Source of the DNA: a virus
Lineage: Duplodnaviria > Heunggongvirae > Uroviricota > Caudoviricetes
Strand: one strand, 5' to 3'
Virus record (IMG/VR): IMGVR_UViG_2627854069_000003
DNA: 64,000 nt
The position numbers were made by a program, and so were the translations under genes. This document shows, one piece after another, positions 17,256 through 27,300 of this stretch (within the stretch, counting starts at the first letter, position 1; each line of letters begins with the position of its first letter). Below the pieces are notes generated by a model. The model did no database searches. It was given only the letters and a program-made list of their open reading frames with translations, and was not told where the DNA came from.

Positions 17256-20200
17256 CGCACCAGAATGCCCCCGTTAGGGAAGTACACTCTTCCGCCGTTT
17301 CCATCGATCACGGTCCGATAACCACTACCATCGGTCGAATTGATTTCAAACCAACCGCTCTTGTCGAGCCGCCATCCCTGCCGCCCCGCGATGTAGTTGT
17401 CGGACTGGATATAGCTGCCGATCATCGCGTTCGTGATCCAGCCCGCACCGATCAGCGCCTGACGCAAGAACACCTGCCCGCCCTGCACGACGAACGGCGC
17501 ACCGATCACACCCGAGCCGTCCTCGTCGATCACGGCGAACCGCTTCGCCGACACGAGCACCTGTGATTCGACGACGCCGTTGTCGTTATCGAGCCCCACG
17601 CCGATCGACGCCATGTACTTGTGACCATCGACGGTCGTTTGCACTTTGATCTGATACGACGCCGCGACACGCCCGTTCAGGTCGGCGTACGACTTCGCGA
17701 CGGTTTGCACCGCGGCTGCGTTGTCGTTCACCTTCGCCTGTACGGTCGTGATCTGCTGCGCCTGTGCGCGATCCGCCTCGACGCGCGCGATCGTTTCCGT
17801 CTGTACCGCGGCGCTCAGGAGGTTCGAGCTCGATCGCTGCTCTGCGGCGACCGTGTCGATCTTCTTCGCGACCGCCATGTCGCCCTCGGCAATCGCCGAC
17901 TGCAACGACCAGACGCCGGCGCTGAGCGTCTCGTCGCCCGCGTAAATCGTCGCGTCGCCGGCCATCGGCGGGGTGATCAGATCGATCGGCTCGCGAAGAT
18001 CCGAGCCAAGCGCCGACTTCCCGATCTGTCCAGCGAAGTACTTCTCGTAGTCGCTTTGATCCGTGCTCGGCTGCCCCTGCACACCCGGCCCCTTCGCCGG
18101 AAACCACGGCCCGACGTTGCCCGACGTATCGACCAGGCGCGCCCAGAAATAGAAAACCTGTCCGACCGCGAGCCCCTGATACGACGTCGCGGCCTGCGGA
18201 TACGCGAAGTCCGAGAACTTGATCGCGTCATCGCGGCTCGGCGTGCGGCTGTACCAGATCTCCGTTCGTTGCGTGTCGCCGGCGGACCCGTCGCCCGGGA
18301 ACGCCCACTTCAGGTCGATCCCATATACGATGCCCGTCGCGGTCAGCGACACCACCGACGGCGGCGGAGTGGTCTTCCCCGTGAGCACCGTATCGACGCC
18401 GTATGCCGGAATCGACGTCACGCCGAGCGCATTCTCCGCTCGCACGCGTGCGAGGTACTTCCCCTGATAGATGCCCGGCACCTCGACCTGCAGGCCGCCC
18501 GTCGACGGTACCCGGACCCACTCGCCGTTATCCTTCCGCCATTCCACGAGGTAGCTCGTCGCGTGATTCGCTGCGTCCCACACGATCACCATCGTCGTCT
18601 TCGAGATGCCCTGATCGACCACCGAGTATGTCGAGAGGCGGACGTTCGACGGCGGCGGCTGCACCGACGGCGGAACGATCGTGATCGGCCGTTGCTGGAT
18701 CTGCGCGCCGTCGTCGATTGCCGCGTACTTCCCCGGCTCGTACTGCGTCGCGTTGATCGTATAGACGATCTGGCCGTCGTCGTCGCTCTCCTGCACGCTC
18801 ACCACGCGATACTGCTGCGCCGCGAGCTCGTTGCTCTCGACCATCCACACCGCGCCCGGCACCGGATCGGCGTCGAACCGCTCGACGAGCGTGACCGTGT
18901 CGCCGTTGACCGCTTTGACAGCACGCGCCTGCGCGAGGCCCGACGGCAGGATCGCCGTGAAGCGATCGCCGGCCGAGACCGTCGGCGCCTTGTCGAGCGT
19001 GATCGTCTCGCCGGCCGCAGCGCGGATGCGCCCGCCGATCCGGCGGCCCGCCTTGCGCGGATCGGCGACGGCGATCACCTGTCCCGGCGCACAAAGCGTC
19101 CCATCGAGCCCGACCTGAAACGACACCGTCCCGGTCTCGTACCGCGACGTCAGCAGCAGCCAGCGCCCGAGGCGGTGCGCCTGAGCCTGCGACGTGCAGC
19201 CGAACGCCGTGACTTCCGTCTTGATGACGCCATAGCGGGCGATCCCGTCATCGTCCTGCACGGGCTCGACAGCCTGCTTATACTGGTTCGTCGGATCGTT
19301 GTAGCTGACAAGCGCGACCGTGTAACGCGTCTTGCGCTCGCTTCCGACGTACTTGAATGAACCGCCGACGACGTTCGCGGCCGTGTACAGGTAGACCGGA
19401 TCGGACGGCATATCGGCCGACGCGACGACGGAGCCAGCGCCCCAGTATGAAATTCCGCGAAAAACGCTCGCAAGATCCTGCATCACCTTGAACGCGTCCG
19501 CGCGCGTCTGGATCACGCAATTGCATGTGAAACGCGGTTCCTTGCCGCCCTTCCCGTCTGATACCAGTTCGTCACAGTGACGCGCGATTGCGTACAGCGC
19601 CCACTTGTCGACCATCGACGCGTCGACTCGATCGCCCAACCCGTAGAGCTTGTTCAGCAACAGGCCGTAGTAGACCCAAGCCGGATTGTTCGTCCATGCC
19701 GTCTTGAACGTGCCGTCCCACGTACCCGAATATGTGCGAGTCCCCGAGTCGTAGTTTGTCGGAACACGGAAGATCATCATCCCCCGCACGTGATACGAGC
19801 GCACCGGCACGCTTGAGAACGAGCGCGCGTCGAACGTCATGCCGACGAGCGCCGTCATCGGATAGCGGAGCTTTCGATCGACGATCTCGGTGATCGCTTC
19901 GATATTGATCGAATCAGCGATCGTCGCCGTGTGCGCGTTCGGCGTGATGCGACGCACACGGATCAGCCAACCGTTTTTCGCACGCGGCAGCTCGATCCGA
20001 TGCGAGCGCTCGTAGAGCGACGTCGTCTTGCCGTCGAACGCGCCGGCCAGCACCTGCGCATACGATCCGCCGTCGACCGACAGATCGATCGCGTAGTCGA
20101 CGCGATAGCCCGTGATATTGCCGTTCGATGTGTCTTGACGCTGTAGCGCCGGCACGCCGAAGCGCACACGCACCGCGGTCAGTTGCGTATTCTGGATCTG

Positions 20201-20548
20201 GCGCACCCACGGCGCGTCGGACGTGAGCGGCACACCGACGCCGGCCTCGCGCTCGACGGCTGGAAAGCCGGGGATGTAGTCCTGATCCTGCGTGCCGGTA
20301 CGGACGTCGACGGTGTAGTTCTGGAAGTTCAGCGAGCCGTCCGCGTTCTGGATCGGCGTGCCGTCGAGATAGACCGACTGCAGGCCATTCACCAGCCCCA
20401 CGATCGGCCCCTCCGAGATCACGTCGAGCACCTTCGCGCGCGCGATCGAATGTAGGCTGTCGGGCGATTCGCTACCGCCACCGCCGCCACCGCCCCCCTT
20501 CGCACCGTAGATTCGCTTCAGCCCACCTTCGGCGTAGAGCTTCTTCAA
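17234..20548 (-). CDS. host specificity / central tail fibre protein (lambda gpJ-like)
   Basis: 1104 aa, Gly run near N-terminus, fibronectin-III-like region, position after gpI. Confidence 0.9.
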   Translation of the reverse strand: MKKLYAEGGLKRIYGAKGGGGGGGGSESPDSLHSIARAKVLDVISEGPIVGLVNGLQSVYLDGTPIQNADGSLNFQNYTVDVRTGTQDQDYIPGFPAVEREAGVGVPLTSDAPWVRQIQNTQLTAVRVRFGVPALQRQDTSNGNITGYRVDYAIDLSVDGGSYAQVLAGAFDGKTTSLYERSHRIELPRAKNGWLIRVRRITPNAHTATIADSINIEAITEIVDRKLRYPMTALVGMTFDARSFSSVPVRSYHVRGMMIFRVPTNYDSGTRTYSGTWDGTFKTAWTNNPAWVYYGLLLNKLYGLGDRVDASMVDKWALYAIARHCDELVSDGKGGKEPRFTCNCVIQTRADAFKVMQDLASVFRGISYWGAGSVVASADMPSDPVYLYTAANVVGGSFKYVGSERKTRYTVALVSYNDPTNQYKQAVEPVQDDDGIARYGVIKTEVTAFGCTSQAQAHRLGRWLLLTSRYETGTVSFQVGLDGTLCAPGQVIAVADPRKAGRRIGGRIRAAAGETITLDKAPTVSAGDRFTAILPSGLAQARAVKAVNGDTVTLVERFDADPVPGAVWMVESNELAAQQYRVVSVQESDDDGQIVYTINATQYEPGKYAAIDDGAQIQQRPITIVPPSVQPPPSNVRLSTYSVVDQGISKTTMVIVWDAANHATSYLVEWRKDNGEWVRVPSTGGLQVEVPGIYQGKYLARVRAENALGVTSIPAYGVDTVLTGKTTPPPSVVSLTATGIVYGIDLKWAFPGDGSAGDTQRTEIWYSRTPSRDDAIKFSDFAYPQAATSYQGLAVGQVFYFWARLVDTSGNVGPWFPAKGPGVQGQPSTDQSDYEKYFAGQIGKSALGSDLREPIDLITPPMAGDATIYAGDETLSAGVWSLQSAIAEGDMAVAKKIDTVAAEQRSSSNLLSAAVQTETIARVEADRAQAQQITTVQAKVNDNAAAVQTVAKSYADLNGRVAASYQIKVQTTVDGHKYMASIGVGLDNDNGVVESQVLVSAKRFAVIDEDGSGVIGAPFVVQGGQVFLRQALIGAGWITNAMIGSYIQSDNYIAGRQGWRLDKSGWFEINSTDGSGYRTVIDGNGGRVYFPNGGILVRWGRWNE

Positions 20549-21120
20549 ACCTGATCCTCCGCATAGATTCCAGAACTGACTACCTTCGAACCGACGATCA
20601 TTTCGCCGATAACGAGTGGCACCGGCTCACCTTGTGCGGCACTGTTCACGGGTCCGTTGAAGTAGTACGACGTGCCGTTGTTGGCCGCCCCGGCGAGGCC
20701 GGCCTGTTGTGGACTGAGCATCTGCACGATGCCGCCGAGCGCAATCGACGCACCGAGCCCCATCAGCGACGTGCCCCACGGCTGCGCGAAACCGAACGTC
20801 GCCACCGCGCCGACGGCGACGAGTGCGGCGCCGAGGATCGTGTTGAAGAGCCCGCCGCGCTTGCTGCCGACAATCACCGGCGCGATACGGATCTCGTCGC
20901 GCCCGACTGGATGCTCGAGCTCATCCTCGTCGAGATTGCGCCGGCCGTTGAACACCGCAAACGTCAGGCCGTCGTCGCGCGCCGACATCAGAAACGCGCG
21001 GAAACCAGGAATCAGCACCGACAGCGCGCGCACCGCCTCCGCGGTCGACGAAACCGCCAGACGATGCACTCTTCCGAAACGCCCACCGAGCACCCCATAC
21101 AACCGTATCGTGCGAAGCAT
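20545..21120 (-). CDS. tail assembly protein (lambda gpI-like)
   Basis: MLRTIRLYGVLGGRFGRVHRL... C-terminal hydrophobic/Gly-rich region typical of gpI. Confidence 0.7.
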   Translation of the reverse strand: MLRTIRLYGVLGGRFGRVHRLAVSSTAEAVRALSVLIPGFRAFLMSARDDGLTFAVFNGRRNLDEDELEHPVGRDEIRIAPVIVGSKRGGLFNTILGAALVAVGAVATFGFAQPWGTSLMGLGASIALGGIVQMLSPQQAGLAGAANNGTSYYFNGPVNSAAQGEPVPLVIGEMIVGSKVVSSGIYAEDQV

Positions 21121-21125
21121 GTCGC

Positions 21126-21878
21126 TCACTTCCGATCTCCCACATAACGCAGCACCGTCGTGCAGCAGTCGGCCCACATTCCGCCCCATACCGCGCGTAC
21201 CGAGAGCTTCCCGTACGGATGGTGGAGGAACTGTCCGTCACCCAGATAAACGCCCGCGTGATTCGGCACGTCGTTCTTGCTGCGGATCTGCATCAGCGGC
21301 ACGTCGCCGACCTGCAACGTTACGTCGCGGCCGACGTCGAGAAAGCCGGCGTCCTGATAGTGATTGAGGTAGAGGTTTGACCGGCCATCGTCCCACCAGC
21401 CGTCCTCGCGGTCGAAATCGGGCAGCACCACGCCACGCTCGCCGAGATACCAGTCGCGCACGATCGCGTAGCAGTCGTGTACGCCATGCACGTACTGGCG
21501 GCCGATCAACCTCGCGACGTAGCCAGACGGTCCGAATTCGCACCAGTCATCGACGCCTATTGAGCCGTCGGCCTGCACGCCGAGCGACACGATCACCCAC
21601 TTCGCGATGCCGCTGCGCTCGCACATCGCGCGATCCGCGTCGCTCGGCTGCGCCGACGCCCCCGGATGCGAATGCACGAGTGCGACAATCTCGCCCATGT
21701 CTTCGGCCGCGGCGTAGTCCTCCGACGCGAGCGCGAACTGGTCGGTCGGCACGGCTGCGAGGTTCCGGCAGCGCACGTACACCTCGCCGCGTGCCGCCTT
21801 CACGACGAGCCCGCAGCACTCGCGCGGATACTCGGCGAGCGCATGAGCCCCGATCGCCTTCTTGATCTGTTCGTCCAT
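21126..21878 (-). CDS. tail assembly protein (lambda gpK-like; MPN/JAB + NlpC/P60 domains)
   Basis: HSHPG JAMM motif (ALVHSHPGASAQPSDAD) and Cys/His peptidase region. Confidence 0.8.
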   Translation of the reverse strand: MDEQIKKAIGAHALAEYPRECCGLVVKAARGEVYVRCRNLAAVPTDQFALASEDYAAAEDMGEIVALVHSHPGASAQPSDADRAMCERSGIAKWVIVSLGVQADGSIGVDDWCEFGPSGYVARLIGRQYVHGVHDCYAIVRDWYLGERGVVLPDFDREDGWWDDGRSNLYLNHYQDAGFLDVGRDVTLQVGDVPLMQIRSKNDVPNHAGVYLGDGQFLHHPYGKLSVRAVWGGMWADCCTTVLRYVGDRK

Positions 21879-21927
21879 AAAAAAACCCGCCGTGTGGCGG
21901 GTCCTCATATCGAAATTGAATTGCGCT

Positions 21928-22611
21928 TCACGCCATCGTGTCGCACAGGAAGCCGCCGAACGGCAACGCGTTGTTCACGCCGAATCGGCGCTCGCAGCCG
22001 CTGATCTTCTTGCTGCATCGATCGAGCGCAGGGTCGCTCACCGGGTTGTCGTCCCTGTCGAAGCACGCCGCACCGGTATAGCCGCACTCGGAACCGCGAT
22101 AGTCAGATTGGCAGATCGATATGATTTGCCGCTTCGGCAGTTGCTGGCCGCCAAAGTCGAGCGGAGACGACAGCGTGAACTCGACGTGCAAGCCCGGCTG
22201 CTCGTCGCTCTTCTGCTCGATCCGCCATTGCTGCGTCGGCAACTCTTCGTGCGGGTCTGCCGTTGGGTTGCCGGCCGGGAAATTCACGGCGTCTAGATAG
22301 CGCGCGAGTGTCCGGCGCCGAATCACTTTCGCGCCGACGAGATCGCCAAGTGCAACGCACAGCGCCGAGATCGTCCCGTTGATGTCGCCTACCCGCAGTG
22401 TCGGCGACGGCTGTTGCGCATCCGATGTCTGTTCGAAGCCCGCTGCCTGAATCGGCCACGGCTTGTATTCGTGCCCCTGCCACACGATCGACGTCGACTG
22501 CAAGTGCCCATGAAAGCGCAGTACGTCGGCGCCGAGCGCCGTGCAGTCGACCTCAAATAGCTCGATCAGCCGGCCCGGCTCAAGCTGCTGAATGTCCGCG
22601 GTGATGGTCAC
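21928..22611 (-). CDS. minor tail protein (lambda gpL-like)
   Basis: C-terminal Cys cluster CQSDYRGSECGYTG...CSKKISGCERRFG typical of gpL. Confidence 0.8.
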   Translation of the reverse strand: MTITADIQQLEPGRLIELFEVDCTALGADVLRFHGHLQSTSIVWQGHEYKPWPIQAAGFEQTSDAQQPSPTLRVGDINGTISALCVALGDLVGAKVIRRRTLARYLDAVNFPAGNPTADPHEELPTQQWRIEQKSDEQPGLHVEFTLSSPLDFGGQQLPKRQIISICQSDYRGSECGYTGAACFDRDDNPVSDPALDRCSKKISGCERRFGVNNALPFGGFLCDTMA

Positions 22612-23996
22612 TTCGCCGCCTCCAATTCCGCAATCCGCTTGATCGCGTCCTGTAACGCAGCATCCGTCTCAAGCAGCCCAGCCAACAGCACGCCGACGGC
22701 ATTCGTGTAACGGAAGGTCAGCGACGGGCGCCCGTTTGGCGGCCCGCTCTCACCAAAGATTTCCTTGCCGCTCTCGTCGTACTGACGCACGATGAAATCG
22801 CCGTCCTCATCGATCTCCGGCCCCTCGCCGAGCAGCTCCGGGAAGTCCCACCACTCGTTCGCGATGACGCCCGCCTGTCGCCCTGCCTCCGGGCTGCTCT
22901 TTGGCAGATACGTCACCCCCCGCTTACCGCGCAGCCGCGCCATCACGTTCTCAAGCGTCCGGATATCGGATTTGAAAGCACGGTCGGACGCCTGATTGAA
23001 GTTCGATGCGGTCAACACGCCGAATGTCGTGGCGTTGTAGTTGACGCACTGCAACTCGGCGACCGAGGTGTTGTTGGAGATCCGAAGCTGCGCGCCGACG
23101 GTGTTGTTCAGCCCGGAAAATCCGAGGTAGCTGAGGCCGCCCATTCCGTTCAGGTACAGCGACGCTTGCGTATGAAGCCCTGTTGCACCGACGGCGATTT
23201 CCTGCGCCTGCGTGAACGTCTTCTTCGTCCCGACGTATTGCGGCGTGTCGAGCGTCATCGGTTGCGCAAGATTGCCGCTGTGCCAGAGATAGCCGAGGTA
23301 TTTGCCGTCAACCGTTGCCCCAAGCTGGCCGGCCGTCTTCTTCCCCCAGTCGAATCGGAGGGCGCTCCCCTTGGCGCATACCGTGACAACCTCGTCGTTG
23401 ACGCGAAACGTATGGTCGTTGAGTAGGTATTGGTACGATCCCCCTGCGTCCGGAGACCACCAACCCACCGACCCACTATTCCCGTAGAAATAGCCGGGCA
23501 TCTTGCCGAGGTACAAATGGCCTTCGTCGCTCGATTGCCCGGCCCGGATATCTCCACCTACAGTGAGATTTCCGCTGATAACTTCATCCGGCATCATCTT
23601 GCCGCGCTCAGCGGCGTGCCAGATCTTCACGCCGTCGGAGACGTACTTCACCCAGTCGCCGGTATTCAGCGACGTTAGCTGTGACATGTCGCCTGCCTGC
23701 AGTTTGATCGATACCTTCTGCTGCACGTTGAACAGGTGGATGCACGAATTCGGCCTCACAGACGCCGCGAGCGGCATACCGATTACCTTGCCTGCATCAG
23801 CCATCCACAGCCCATATCGCTTTCCGACGTCTTCGGGCCTGAGATCCGCGCTGTCGTTCAGAAATCCGAGATCGAGCGGGGTCGAACGCTCGACCACGTC
23901 GAAATTCTCGTTCGTCTTGATGTGCGCGACACGATTGTTGTCGCCGCCGCTTCCGCCGGGCGGCTCGCCCAAGATGATTTTTTGAAGAACCGACAT
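22608..23996 (-). CDS. tail fibre/spike protein with C-terminal S74 intramolecular-chaperone domain
   Basis: Start MSVLQKII 8 bp after the gpM stop; hallmark SDIRTLENV (SDxRLKENI-like) near the C-terminus. Confidence 0.6.
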   Translation of the reverse strand: MSVLQKIILGEPPGGSGGDNNRVAHIKTNENFDVVERSTPLDLGFLNDSADLRPEDVGKRYGLWMADAGKVIGMPLAASVRPNSCIHLFNVQQKVSIKLQAGDMSQLTSLNTGDWVKYVSDGVKIWHAAERGKMMPDEVISGNLTVGGDIRAGQSSDEGHLYLGKMPGYFYGNSGSVGWWSPDAGGSYQYLLNDHTFRVNDEVVTVCAKGSALRFDWGKKTAGQLGATVDGKYLGYLWHSGNLAQPMTLDTPQYVGTKKTFTQAQEIAVGATGLHTQASLYLNGMGGLSYLGFSGLNNTVGAQLRISNNTSVAELQCVNYNATTFGVLTASNFNQASDRAFKSDIRTLENVMARLRGKRGVTYLPKSSPEAGRQAGVIANEWWDFPELLGEGPEIDEDGDFIVRQYDESGKEIFGESGPPNGRPSLTFRYTNAVGVLLAGLLETDAALQDAIKRIAELEAAK

Positions 23997-24004
23997 CTGA
24001 TCTC

Positions 24005-24343
24005 CTACGCAGAAAACGTCTGTTCGAACTGCGCCGTCATCGTGTACGCGGCGCCGTTCTTGATCGGCTCGGAGTACTTCTCGCAGACGAACAACCCGCG
24101 CGCGCGAAGCGGCGGGGTCCAATAGAACGACTCCGCGCCCGCATGCCGATCGAGGAAATCGATAATTGCCGAGATCTTCGCCGCATTGCCGACAAACCGC
24201 AGGTTGAATGTCGACTCGCGATTGTTCAGGCCGTCCGCGGCCCGCTGCGTGTAGCCGTCGCCGAACTGGGCTTTGCGTACGCGCAACGTCGTATCGCCGC
24301 CGTGCCCCTGCACCGTCGACGGCCATTCGAATGTGTCTTTCAT
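24005..24343 (-). CDS. minor tail protein (lambda gpM-like)
   Basis: 112 aa MKDTFEWPSTVQGHGGD...; ATGA overlap with tape-measure stop. Confidence 0.75.
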   Translation of the reverse strand: MKDTFEWPSTVQGHGGDTTLRVRKAQFGDGYTQRAADGLNNRESTFNLRFVGNAAKISAIIDFLDRHAGAESFYWTPPLRARGLFVCEKYSEPIKNGAAYTMTAQFEQTFSA

Positions 24344-27300
24344 CCTGCCATCCCGTTTTGCGCTCTCCACAAGGTTCCGCCCTGCCGGCGTTCCCGTTGT
24401 ATGAGCTCGCGTATCATCTGTTCCAGTCTCTTTCGGAACTCGCCAACCGCAATTAGGCTCGCAGGGTTCGACGATCCGCCCTCGATCGAAACTGGCGCGC
24501 TGACCGAGATCCCGCCGTCGCGCGCCGGCGAATCCCCTTCTCCCGCGCTCCCGCCAACGAGCCCACCCGCGGCGAATCGCGCGAAGCCGGATCGTCCGCC
24601 CGCGTTCAATCGTTCGAGGTGTGCGCGCACGCCCGGCTGCGACACCACCGCGGCGCGGACCACGAACTCTCCGTTCGATAGCTGCGCCGGGATGCTGTCG
24701 CTCGTAGACGTTCCCGGCCCCCACACCGCACCGCCCGTCGCGAGATGAAAGCCGTACACGTTCGAACCGACAGCCGCGCTTGCGGCGCCACCAAGCGCGC
24801 CAACAGCATCGGAAACACCGCCAAAACCCAACGCGGAGCCGATCGTCCCGAACACCTGAGACATCGCCGCGCGCGCCGAAAACCGCGCAAGATCGGCGAT
24901 CATGCTGTCGACCAGCCCGCGGAAATTGAGCTTGCCCGACGTCGCGAACGACACGAGCGCATCCTCGGCATTGCGGAACGAACTCGTCAGCGCGTCCTCG
25001 GCCAACTGCGCAGCGTTCTGCGCCGATTCCTGATAAACCGCCAGTGCCCGCTTCACGCCAACGCGCCAGTCCGCCTGCAACGCGAGCCGCTGCTCGAGAT
25101 ACCCGCGCTCGCGCGCGACCTGCTCCGCCTCGGCCGTGTTGATGCGCTCGATCTCGGCGAGGTACTCGGGCGACCCGAGCGTGCCGTCTTTTCGCGCGCC
25201 CTTCGTCAATTCGTCCCGCCGACGGCGAAACTCGTCGCTCACACGATTGACCGCCTGATTCAGCTCGCGCGCGTTGTCACCCATCGACATTGCCGCAAGC
25301 TCGCGCTTCACGTCACGCTGACGTTCTGCCGCGTAGTCGCCGAGCTCCGCGTCGATCTGGGCGCTGCGCTCCTTCAGCTTGTTGATCGCGTCTCGATAGC
25401 GCACCTCCTTTTCCAACTGCGCCGCTTGCTCGTACATTCCGCGAATCGCCTGCTGATCACGAAGCAGGCTCTTGTCGTCGTCCGACAGCTTCTTGCGCTT
25501 GCCGCGTAGATCCGTCACCTTCTGATCGAACGCGAGGAGATCCTTTTGCGACTGCGTCAGCTTGTCGGTTGCAACCGCCTCGACGCGCAGTTGCGCAATC
25601 CGCTGCCGGATGTTGTCGAGCATGCGCTCGCTTTCCAGCGAATGAACACCGCCGGCCTTCGTGGCGCGAGCCGCGGCAGCGTTAGTTGAGACACGCGACG
25701 TCTGCGCAGCCGCAGACGCGACCGTCTCGTCGAAAGCCTGTTGCCCGCGCGCGGCTGCCGCGGCGCGTGCCGCGTCGGCATTGAAGCCGAATTTCTCGAA
25801 TTTCTTGCTCGACAGGTCGGCCTGGAACTCCTCAAGCGCCTTCGCGACCACCATCTGCTGATTCATCAGCGCGAGCTCGCGCGTCAGATTGTCGATGTTG
25901 GTTCGCGCCCCAGCCGCAGCCTTCGCGTCCTTGTCGGCGATCGCCTTTTCGAGGGACTTGTACGCATCCGCCCGTCCGGCGACGAGGCCAGCCATACGGG
26001 CCTGCGCGTCATTTGCGCCCTTTGTCCGCGCTTCGTACTCGGCCTTCTGGCGGGCCGTCATACCGATGACGTCGGATTCCTCCCTGAGCTTGTGGACGTA
26101 TTTCTCCCAAGCCTCCGATGCCATGCCGCCGGCAAAGAAGTTGCTTTCCTCCGCAAGCAAGCGAATTCCTGCAGCCGCATCGCGTCCGGATGCCCCCATC
26201 GCAGAAAGGGCCTCGGAGTTTTTCCGTGCCGCCCCTTCTGCCTTGTCGATCGCTTCGGCTGCGGAAATCAGAGACTCGCGAAGCTCAGCTCCACCGCCGG
26301 ACGCCTTCACAAATTCATCGATAAGCCCCAGCCGGGTTTTCGATTTCTCGACAACACTGTCGGTCGATGCCTCGACCGCGCGAAGAGACACGTTGAATTT
26401 GTCGACCGCTTCCTGCGCTTCCGGCGAGATGACAGCTATCCCGCCGTCCATTGACGCCGGCATAACCGCCTGCGTCGCCTTGAAAGCAAGCGTCTGATAG
26501 CCCGCCGCGGCATCGGTATTTGCGCGCCGCCCAACCTTTTCAACACGAAGCCGCTCAGATTCCTGTAACAGTGGCGTCAGTTGCCGATATTTGTCGATGA
26601 TCTGATCGAGCGGTGCCTGCATGTCGATCAGGCTCGACGTCGCACTGCTCGCGTTGTCGCGGAACAGCAACCAGTTCGCGGCGGCGCCGAGCGCGACCGA
26701 GCCCACGGTCGCCAGAATCCCCGGCAAGCCGCCGACTGCCGCCAGCAAGCCCGAGCCGACCGAGCGCATCATCGTGCCCGTACGCGCGAGCGCCGTCTGC
26801 GCCGTCGCCGCGCTTTCGGTCGCCGTCTTCAGCCCCGCCGCGCTCGCGGTCGCCGCGCGTTCTGCCCGCTCGCGAGCCTGCGTGGCAAGCGCAACATCGC
26901 GCTCGGCTTGCGCGAGGCCGCGATCCGTCTCGGCCAGCGACGCCGTATAACGCGCTTTGTCGATCGTGCCTTGCTTCGCCGCCGCCTCAAGCGCCGTCCG
27001 TCGCTGCTGCGCGAGCGCGAGCGACGCCTCGGCGCGCTCGAGTTCCTGCTGCGCGGCGGCGGTCTCGCGAGCGATGATCGCCGCATAGGGCATGCCCACG
27101 ATGCGCGCGCCGATTTCCTGACTGCTGGCAACGTTCGCACGCGCCGTCGCGACGTGCGCTTGCGCCGCCGCCTCGACGGCACGCGCTTCGGCAAGCTTCG
27201 CTTCGGTGTACTTGATCGAACCGGCCGTCAACGCCGACTGCATCGCGAGGCTTTCGCGCATCGCGCGCATGCCCGCGAGTTCGGCCTGTGCTGCCGCCTC

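Noticed and set aside
17621-19360. 579-aa plus-strand ORF
   Set aside because: Antisense to the gpJ gene, Arg/Asp-rich low complexity
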